DNA of 5,039 bases from a virus. The DNA is taken from the IMG/VR virus record IMGVR_UViG_3300045988_022552, positions 1-5,039 of that record; one strand, 5' to 3'. Position 1 is the first letter of the stretch. The number at the start of each line of letters is the position of its first letter. Both the position numbers and the translations under genes were made by a program. The notes beneath the pieces were generated by a model, which did no database searches, was not told the origin of the DNA, and worked only from the letters and a program-made list of their open reading frames with translations. Positions 1 to 4,827 of this stretch are shown in pieces.

Positions 1-99
1 CCTTTTTTCCTTGACGAAGTATTACCGGGTGATACGTTCAACGTGGACACATCCAAGGTTGTGCGCCTGCAGACGTTGCTTACTCCGGTTATGGATAAC
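1..99. repeat. Terminal redundancy copy A (identical to 4941..5039). This is a circular-genome assembly overlap.
   Basis: 99/99 nt identity to the window end, read directly from the sequence. Confidence 0.95.
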
Positions 100-1578
100 A
101 TTTATCTCGATACGTATTTCTTCTTCGTACCGAACCGGCTTACTTGGTCTCATTGGAAGCAGTTCAACGGCGAGAATACGGAATCTGCGTGGATTCCTCA
201 GACAGAGTATGAAATTCCTCAGATTACTGCTCCTGCTGATAGCGGGTGGTCTGTTGGAACTATTGCCGATTATCTCGGTGTGCCTACTGGCATTCCTAAT
301 CTTTCCGTTAGTGCTCTTCCCTTCCGAGCTTATGCCTTGGTGATGAATGAGTGGTTTCGTGATGAAAACTTATCTGACCCGCTCGTTGTTCCCGTCGATG
401 ATGCTACTGTAGCCGGCGTTAATACCGGCACGTTTGTGATCGATGTTGCGAAAGGTGGTCTTCCCTATAAGGCCGCAAAGTATCACGACTATTTCACAAG
501 CTGTCTTCCTTCTCCGCAGAAAGGCCCGGATGTTTTGATTCCTTCGGCCACGTCTGGCGAATATCCTGTTGTTACTCGTGCTACTCGTATTGACCCTGAT
601 GTATTAGGTAGCGTTCCATACTCTGCTTATTCTTCTTCGACTTCCAATACATTAAAAACCGGTTCTATATTATTTGAGTTTCCTTCTGGCTCAAATTTGG
701 GTGTTCAATCTCGAGATGGTTCGCAATATGCGTCCAATGGTTTTCTGCCTTTGATCGATAATATGTATGCGGTTTCTTCCGGCGGTCTCGGTGCTTCGAT
801 CAATCAGCTGCGCATGGCGTTCCAGATTCAGAAACTCTATGAGAAAGACGCCCGCGGTGGTTCTCGTTATATTGAGATTCTCAAGTCTCATTTCGGTGTG
901 ACTTCTCCTGATGCCCGTCTTCAGCGTCCCGAGTATCTCGGTGGTAACCGTGTCCCCATTAATATTAATCAGGTTGTCCAGCAGTCGGCCACGGCTTCCG
1001 GCGAGACTGCACAGGGTACTGTTACTGGTATGTCTGTTACTACTGATTCCCATTCTGATTTCACGAAGTCTTTCACGGAGCATGGTTTTGTCATCGGCGT
1101 TATGGTTGCTCGTTATGATCATACTTATCAGCAAGGTCTTGAACGTTTTTGGTCTCGTAAGGATCGCTTTGATTACTATTGGCCTGTTTTTGCGAACATC
1201 GGTGAGCAGGCCGTGAAGAACAAGGAGATTTTTGCACAAGGTCCGGCGAAGGTCGATTCTGCTGGTGCTGTTATCGATGATCAGGTCTTTGGTTATCAAG
1301 AAGCGTGGGCTGATTATCGTTATAAGCCGTCTCGTGTTACCGGTGAGATGCGTTCCCAGTATGCGCAGTCTCTTGACGTTTGGCATCTTGCTGATGATTA
1401 TTCCGCTCTGCCTATGCTTTCGGATTCGTGGATTCGTGAGGATAAGACAAATGTGGATCGTGTGCTTGCTGTTACTTCCAGCGTTAGCAATCAGTTGTTT
1501 GCCGATATTTACATCAAGAACCGGACTACACGTCCAATGCCTATGTACTCTATTCCCGGTCTGATTGACCATCATTGA
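1..1578 (+). CDS. VP1: Major capsid protein VP1 (F-like). This is the body and C-terminus; it is 5'-truncated only by the linear representation. The same reading frame continues from 4824..4940 across the circular junction.
   Basis: Frame 1 is open from nt 1 (PFFLDEVLPGDTFNVDTSKVVRLQTLLTPVMDNIYLDTYFFFVPNRL...). It carries the conserved Microviridae F-protein block INQLRMAFQIQKLYEKDARGGSRYIEILKSHFGV. The stop is TGA at 1576-1578. The full gene on the circular map is 117+1578 nt = 564 aa, typical of gokushovirus VP1. Confidence 0.95.
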   Translation, partial: PFFLDEVLPGDTFNVDTSKVVRLQTLLTPVMDNIYLDTYFFFVPNRLTWSHWKQFNGENTESAWIPQTEYEIPQITAPADSGWSVGTIADYLGVPTGIPNLSVSALPFRAYALVMNEWFRDENLSDPLVVPVDDATVAGVNTGTFVIDVAKGGLPYKAAKYHDYFTSCLPSPQKGPDVLIPSATSGEYPVVTRATRIDPDVLGSVPYSAYSSSTSNTLKTGSILFEFPSGSNLGVQSRDGSQYASNGFLPLIDNMYAVSSGGLGASINQLRMAFQIQKLYEKDARGGSRYIEILKSHFGVTSPDARLQRPEYLGGNRVPININQVVQQSATASGETAQGTVTGMSVTTDSHSDFTKSFTEHGFVIGVMVARYDHTYQQGLERFWSRKDRFDYYWPVFANIGEQAVKNKEIFAQGPAKVDSAGAVIDDQVFGYQEAWADYRYKPSRVTGEMRSQYAQSLDVWHLADDYSALPMLSDSWIREDKTNVDRVLAVTSSVSNQLFADIYIKNRTTRPMPMYSIPGLIDHH

Positions 1579-1589
1579 GAGGTGATTTA

Positions 1590-2414
1590 ATGACTACTGG
1601 TAAGGATGCTGCTCTGGTTCAGAGTGTGCCGGCTGTCGGAAACTTAGATTCTGCTCTTTCTCGTATTACCAGGACTGCATCAGAAAACACCGCTAAAAGC
1701 GCTCAGATGGCTTCTGACCAACGCGATTGGCAGGAGAGGCAAAATGCCCTTGCTATGCAGTTCAACGCTCAGGAGGCCGCTAAAAGCCGTTCTTGGCAGG
1801 AATACATGAGCAATACTGCGCATCAGCGTGAGATTCGCGATCTTAAAGCGGCCGGTTTGAATCCGGTTCTAAGTGCTATGGGAGGTAACGGCGCTGCCGT
1901 TACCTCCGGCGCTACTGCTTCTGGCGTTACTTCTGCTGGTGCTAAAGGCGAGGTTGATACTTCTGCTAATGCCGCTTTGGTTCAGATTCTTGGTTCTGTT
2001 CTTTCGGCGCAGACACAGCTTCAGACCGCTAATGTTAATGCTCGTACTCAAGAGGCCGTAGCCGACAAGTATACCGCTATGGAGAAGCTCGTCGCCCAGA
2101 TCGGCGCTGATGCTTCCAAATATAGTGCTCAGCTTGGTTATGCTGGCTCTAAGTATAATGCTAATATGCATTATTCTCTTGGTAAGTATCAGACTGATAA
2201 AGGATTTGAGAATCAGGTTTTTCTTGAGCAGAATTATCCTTCAAACTATGTTCAAGCTGTTAATTCTATTCTAAAGTCTCTTGGTTTTGATGTTACTGGT
2301 GGTTCTACTTCCGGTGAAGGTTCTGTTTCTGCTGAACAGTATGCTAAGCTCTTGGAAAAGTATAATGCTGCTCTTCTTGGTTCAGGTCCAAAACGTTCTA
2401 GGCATCAGAGATAA
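1590..2414 (+). CDS. VP2: VP2 minor capsid / DNA pilot protein (274 aa).
   Basis: The ATG at 1590 is preceded by GAGAGGTGA (SD) with a 4-nt spacer (GGTGATTTAATG). The protein is Ala/Ser/Gly/Gln-rich and carries the gokushovirus VP2 signature SWQEYMSNTAHQREIRDLKAAGLNPVLS (the 'MSNTA...AGLNP' block). It sits immediately after the VP1 stop, as in gokushovirus gene order. The ORF track starts it at TTG 1575, but the ATG at 1590 has the SD. Confidence 0.85.
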   Translation: MTTGKDAALVQSVPAVGNLDSALSRITRTASENTAKSAQMASDQRDWQERQNALAMQFNAQEAAKSRSWQEYMSNTAHQREIRDLKAAGLNPVLSAMGGNGAAVTSGATASGVTSAGAKGEVDTSANAALVQILGSVLSAQTQLQTANVNARTQEAVADKYTAMEKLVAQIGADASKYSAQLGYAGSKYNANMHYSLGKYQTDKGFENQVFLEQNYPSNYVQAVNSILKSLGFDVTGGSTSGEGSVSAEQYAKLLEKYNAALLGSGPKRSRHQR

Positions 2415-2416
2415 AG

Positions 2417-2458
2417 AAAACAGAAAGCTCCGGAGCTCTGCTTCGGAGTTTCTGTTTT
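2417..2458 (+). terminator. Rho-independent-type hairpin immediately after the VP2 stop: AAAACAGAAAGCTCCG / loop / CGGAG-TTTCTGTTTT, ending in a T-run.
   Basis: A 10-bp perfect outer stem (AAAACAGAAA/TTTCTGTTTT) plus a 5-bp inner stem (CTCCG/CGGAG) with a 1-nt bulge. The loop contains the palindromic GAGCTC. The 3' side ends in TTTT followed by GCC. Confidence 0.55.
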
Positions 2459-2496
2459 GCCTGCAAGCGTTAGCGCGCACAGCGAATAGATATGCA

Positions 2497-2516
2497 CCAG
2501 CGAGCGCCAGCGAGCG
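2497..2516. repeat. Direct tandem 10-bp iteron-like repeat CCAGCGAGCG x2, with a degenerate third copy (ACAGCGAAT) about 10 nt upstream. It lies inside a GC-rich island in an otherwise AT-rich intergenic region.
   Basis: Read directly: ccagcgagcg ccagcgagcg at 2497-2506 and 2507-2516. The flanking sequence gcgttagcgcgcacagcg is AGCG-rich. Confidence 0.5.
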
Positions 2517-2520
2517 GACA

Positions 2521-2553
2521 CAGCCCCATTACTCTCTTGATGTAATGGGGCTG
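2521..2553 (+). promoter_or_regulatory. Perfect 12-bp stem / 9-nt loop hairpin (CAGCCCCATTAC tctcttgat GTAATGGGGCTG). It is a candidate viral-strand replication origin or packaging stem-loop.
   Basis: The inverted repeat is perfect, with no downstream T-run, so it is unlikely to be a terminator. The loop TCTCTTGAT contains CTTGAT, the same core as the phiX174 gpA nick site (ACTTG^ATATTAAT). Iterons sit immediately upstream. Confidence 0.4.
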
Positions 2554-2589
2554 AGTGACACCACGATAAGCAAAATGCTCTCTTTAGGT

Positions 2590-2640
2590 TATTGACAAGC
2601 TATGAATATATGATAAAGTAATGAATATAATAAACTGTAA
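2590..2640 (+). promoter_or_regulatory. AT-rich putative promoter region upstream of the micro-ORF and VP4.
   Basis: TTGACA at 2593-2598 and TATAAT at 2626-2631. These two hexamers are 27 nt apart, so they are not one canonical promoter; each would need a weaker partner hexamer. Composition is strongly AT-rich. Confidence 0.3.
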
Positions 2641-2649
2641 GGTGATTAA

Positions 2650-2757
2650 ATGAAAAATGATGATAAAGATAAAATGCTTGATGATTTTTGCCTACAGATG
2701 CTTTTGCTTGTAGGAGCTGGTGTTGCTCTACTTGTTATTGTTTCTTATTTCTTATGA
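2650..2757 (+). CDS. 35-aa micro-ORF encoding MKNDDKDKMLDDFCLQMLLLVGAGVALLVIVSYFL. It has a charged N-terminus followed by a single predicted transmembrane helix. It is a candidate small membrane or lysis-associated peptide.
   Basis: The ATG at 2650 is preceded by AAGGTGA with a 4-nt spacer (GGTGATTAAATG), nearly identical to the VP2 initiation context (GGTGATTTAATG). It lies in intergenic space between VP2 and VP4. It is not in the ORF track because it is shorter than 60 aa. Its 3' end overlaps only the weakly supported GTG-2720 extension of VP4. Confidence 0.4.
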   Translation: MKNDDKDKMLDDFCLQMLLLVGAGVALLVIVSYFL

Positions 2758-2794
2758 TGGGGATACGATATCCCCATACAAAGAAGGTGATTTC

Positions 2795-3808
2795 TTGCCA
2801 TGCTATCATCCGCTTAAAGCCTTTGTCTTAGGCGAAAAAGACGGTAAACGGTTGCTTAAGGTGACGTGCTATGAGATAGACCATCTTGAACGTTCTGGTG
2901 ATGGTTTTGCGTGTTGCACACATCCCGCTTATGGCCGTCCCGGTGATGTTACGGAGTTCATCGAAATTCCCTGTGGAAAGTGTTCCGGCTGTCGGCTTCA
3001 GAGATCGCGTGAATGGGCTAACCGATGTATGCTGGAGCTTGAATATCATAAGTCTAGTTACTTCGTAACGCTTACTTATGATGATGCTCACGTTCCGATT
3101 CATTACTATTCCGATCCTGTGACCGGTGAGGCTTTGCCGAGTATGTCTCTTGTGAAGCGTGATTTTCAGCTTTTTATGAAGCGTCTCCGAAAGAAATTTG
3201 GTGAAGGTATTCGTTTCTTTGCTTCCGGTGAGTATGGTTCAGAGACGTTTCGACCTCATTATCACGCTATTATTTTTGGTTTGGAGCTTAATGATCTTGT
3301 TCCTTATAAGCGTTCTGCTCAAGGTTTTCAGTATTTTAATTCCGCTTCTCTTCAGGATGTCTGGCCGTATGGCTATGCTGTTGTAGCTCCGGTGACTTGG
3401 GAGACCTGCGCTTATACTGCTCGGTATGTGATGAAGAAGCTTACTGGCCCTGAAGCTGAGTTTTACGAGAATTTTAATATTGTTCCTGAGTTTTCGCTTA
3501 TGTCTCGCAAGCCTGGCATTGCCCGGCAGTATTATGAGGATCATCCCGACCTATATGAACATGAGTTCATCAATATTTCGACGGAGAAAGGAGGAAGGAA
3601 GTTTCGTCCTCCGAAGTATTATGACAAATTGTTTGATCTCGATTGTCCGGAAGAATCTGCCAAGCTTAAGGCTGTTCGTCAGAAGATGGCAATTGAAGCG
3701 CAGAAAGCAAAACTACAGAAGACCACACTTAGTTATTTAGATCAGCTGGCCGTTGAAGAACGGAACCAGCTGGCCCGAATAAAATCATTAAAAAGGAGTA
3801 GTATCTAA
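2795..3808 (+). CDS. VP4: VP4 replication initiation protein (rolling-circle Rep of the HUH superfamily), about 337 aa. The start is probably a non-AUG TTG.
   Basis: Motif 1 FVTLTYDD (nt ~3062-3085). Motif 2 HUH as RPHYHAIIFG (nt ~3257-3277). Motif 3 catalytic di-tyrosine AYTARYVMKK (nt ~3413-3439), comparable to phiX gpA YVAKYVNKK. N-terminal Cys cluster: CYHP...CCTHP...PCGKCSGC (Zn-finger-like, nt ~2798-2996). The TTG at 2795 has AAGAAGGTGA with a 4-nt spacer, the same GGTGATTT context as VP2. There is no in-frame ATG before residue ~77. The ORF track begins at GTG 2720, where the SD spacing is only 3 nt and the extra N-terminus is low-complexity. Confidence 0.9.
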   Translation: MPCYHPLKAFVLGEKDGKRLLKVTCYEIDHLERSGDGFACCTHPAYGRPGDVTEFIEIPCGKCSGCRLQRSREWANRCMLELEYHKSSYFVTLTYDDAHVPIHYYSDPVTGEALPSMSLVKRDFQLFMKRLRKKFGEGIRFFASGEYGSETFRPHYHAIIFGLELNDLVPYKRSAQGFQYFNSASLQDVWPYGYAVVAPVTWETCAYTARYVMKKLTGPEAEFYENFNIVPEFSLMSRKPGIARQYYEDHPDLYEHEFINISTEKGGRKFRPPKYYDKLFDLDCPEESAKLKAVRQKMAIEAQKAKLQKTTLSYLDQLAVEERNQLARIKSLKRSSI

Positions 3809-3921
3809 TGCGTAAGAAAATGCGTCCCAAGAAAGATAAAAAGGTCTTTCGTCGTACTGCCGCTAAGTCCAAGAAGATCAACATTAACCCGACTGTTTTC
3901 CGAGGAGGTATTCGGTTGTGA
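3808..3921 (+). CDS. ORF8-like small highly basic DNA-binding protein (phiX J analogue), 37 aa: MRKKMRPKKDKKVFRRTAAKSKKININPTVFRGGIRL.
   Basis: The ATG at 3808 overlaps the VP4 stop (TAATG). AAGGAG (3793-3798) lies 9 nt upstream. Of 37 residues, 15 are K/R and only 1 is acidic (D). Its size and charge match gokushovirus ORF8 / microvirus J-type DNA-condensing proteins. Confidence 0.6.
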   Translation: MRKKMRPKKDKKVFRRTAAKSKKININPTVFRGGIRL

Positions 3922-4067
3922 ACTGTGAGTTTGCAGACGTTTGTGATCCAGTTTGTGAGGATTTTCCTGAATCTTGTCCGTTCTATTGTGAGTTTGCAGA
4001 CGTTTGCGATCAAGATTGTGAGGATTTTCCTGAATTTTGTCCGTTCTATAAGGAGTTGAAAGTATGA
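3918..4067 (+). CDS. Hypothetical 49-aa acidic, cysteine-rich tandem-repeat peptide: (M)NCEFADVCDPVCEDFPESCPFY CEFADVCDQDCEDFPEFCPFY KELKV. This is a speculative coding interpretation of the 63-bp repeat.
   Basis: The frame is open from 3888 to TGA 4065-4067. A GTG at 3918 is preceded by GAGGAGG (3902-3908) with a 9-nt spacer. The repeat unit is exactly 21 codons. The stop overlaps the VP5 ATG as ATGA, the same coupling architecture as VP3/VP1. One of the 4 inter-unit substitutions is a synonymous Cys change (TGT>TGC). Caveat: two other frames (one + frame and one - frame) are also open across the repeat, so openness alone is weak evidence. Confidence 0.25.
   Translation: MNCEFADVCDPVCEDFPESCPFYCEFADVCDQDCEDFPEFCPFYKELKV
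3924..4049. repeat. Direct tandem repeat of 2 x 63 bp (units 3924..3986 and 3987..4049), with 59/63 identity. Each unit contains internal GTTTGTGA sub-repeats and 3 TGTGA motifs.
   Basis: Read directly. Unit 1 is tgtgagtttgcagacgtttgtgatccagtttgtgaggattttcctgaatcttgtccgttctat. Unit 2 differs at 4 positions (tgt>tgc, cca>caa, gtt>gat, tct>ttt). Confidence 0.95.
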
Positions 4068-4315
4068 AATACGGTGTTTATTCTATCCGCGATGCCCGCA
4101 CGGGCTTTCTCCCGCCTACGGTAGACCAGAATGATTCTTCTGCTATGCGTAACTTCGCTCATGCCTGTATGCAGAAGGAAAGTCTTTTGTTCTCCCATAT
4201 TGAAGATTATTCCCTTTGTAAGATCGGTGAGTTTGACAACGAGACTGGTACGATCTTGACGCAGCTCCCTGAGGTTATTTTGGATGGTACTTCCATTCAG
4301 AGAAAGGATGTGTGA
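4064..4315 (+). CDS. VP5: VP5 (gokushovirus non-structural protein implicated in ssDNA synthesis/packaging), 83 aa.
   Basis: The ATG at 4064 has AAGGAG (4050-4055) and an 8-nt spacer. The sequence MKYGVYSIRDARTGFLPPTVDQNDSSAMRNFAHACMQKESLLFSHIEDYSLCKIGEFDNETGTI fits the VP5 family pattern (Y.I.D.K.g.F..P....ND..A.R.F............PEDY.L..IG.FD..TG). Its position between VP4/ORF8 and VP3 is typical. Confidence 0.8.
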   Translation: MKYGVYSIRDARTGFLPPTVDQNDSSAMRNFAHACMQKESLLFSHIEDYSLCKIGEFDNETGTILTQLPEVILDGTSIQRKDV

Positions 4316-4317
4316 TT

Positions 4318-4827
4318 ATGTATGATGAAAAGCTTGGATTCGTTACTCAGTATCGTCCGCGAACTCGCTTCATTTCAAATGGAGGTCAGCGCGAATGGAT
4401 TCTCTATCAGCCTAAATTTGATGAAAATGGAGTTATGGATCTCGTTGAATCTGGTAAAGAAGACCTTTACGATTTCATTCAATCCCACGCCGAATCTGTC
4501 GATATCCATGTGATTCTTGCTCGATTTCAGAATGGCGACATTGACGCGCTTTCGCGTGTCCAAGGCGCTTATGGTGATTTCACCAATATGCCTACGTCCT
4601 ACGCTGAGCTTCTGAACAGGGTTAATGAAGGTCAGAGCTTTTTCAATTCTCTTCCGGTTGATATTCGTGCAAAGTTTAATCATAACTTTGCGGAGTTTAT
4701 GGCTGCTATGGATAAGCCTGATTTCCTTGAAAAGCTTGGAATCAAGCCCGAGCCAGAGCCAGAGCCTGTTCCGCCCGTTCAGGAGGGAAAACCGGCTGTT
4801 GAGCCGAAAAAGGAGGTTATCGAATGA
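4318..4827 (+). CDS. VP3: VP3 internal scaffolding protein, 169 aa, with an acidic Pro/Glu-rich C-terminal tail.
   Basis: The ATG at 4318 has AAAGGA 9 nt upstream. The ORF-track GTG at 4312 has an SD spacing that is too short. The block DIHVILARFQNGDIDALSRVQGAYGDFTNMPTSYAELLNRVNEGQSFFNSLPVDIRAKFNHNFAEF matches gokushovirus VP3 scaffold conservation (YGDFT...LP..R..F). The stop TGA at 4825-4827 overlaps the VP1 ATG (ATGA). Confidence 0.85.
   Translation: MYDEKLGFVTQYRPRTRFISNGGQREWILYQPKFDENGVMDLVESGKEDLYDFIQSHAESVDIHVILARFQNGDIDALSRVQGAYGDFTNMPTSYAELLNRVNEGQSFFNSLPVDIRAKFNHNFAEFMAAMDKPDFLEKLGIKPEPEPEPVPPVQEGKPAVEPKKEVIE
4750..4767 (+). repeat. Hexanucleotide microsatellite GAGCCA GAGCCA GAGCCT. 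It encodes the PEPEPEP low-complexity segment in the VP3 C-terminal tail.
   Basis: Read directly. It is in frame with VP3 (E-P-E-P-E-P). Confidence 0.8.

Noticed and set aside
691-1575. A 294-aa ORF on the minus strand, antisense to VP1.
   Set aside because: Microvirus genes are all transcribed from one strand and the packaged strand is mRNA-sense. The translation is low-complexity (I/R/L/N/T-rich) with no recognisable motifs and no SD/ATG context. It is most likely a by-product of VP1 codon bias, meaning avoidance of TTA/CTA/TCA in that phase.
2281-2595. A 104-aa + strand ORF in the +1 frame of the VP2 3' end. It has a hydrophobic N-terminus (MVLMLLVVLLPVKVLFLL...) and extends through the intergenic hairpins. 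It superficially resembles an embedded phiX E-like lysis gene.
   Set aside because: There is no SD before the TTG at 2281 or the ATG at 2290. It runs straight through the terminator hairpin, the iterons and the ori-like stem-loop. Its hydrophobicity is what is expected from frame-shifted NNT-rich VP2 codons. The other alt-frame + ORFs (11..343, 911..1216, 1232..1564, 1873..2061, 3198..3386) are all Leu/Ile/Val-rich for the same reason.
2593-2631. TTGACA (2593) plus TATAAT (2626) as a single sigma70 promoter.
   Set aside because: The hexamers are 27 nt apart instead of 16-18, so they cannot form one promoter. They are retained only as a low-confidence AT-rich promoter region.
2720-2794. GTG 2720 as the VP4 start, which would give the 362-aa ORF in the track.
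   Set aside because: The AGGAG is only 3 nt upstream. The added 25 residues (MLLYLLLFLISYDGDTISPYKEGDF) are T-rich low-complexity sequence. The TTG at 2795 has the same strong GGTGATTT context as VP2 and places the start right at the conserved PCYHP N-terminus. The GTG start is kept only as an alternative.
3924-4049. The tandem repeat as a CRISPR array, or as CRP-like TGTGA operator sites.
   Set aside because: There are only two directly abutting copies with no spacers, and they sit inside a 4.9-kb phage, so this is not a CRISPR. The TGTGA motifs lack partner TCACA half-sites at the correct 6-bp spacing, so a CRP-type site is unsupported. A generic protein-binding reiteration cannot be excluded and is mentioned in the finding.
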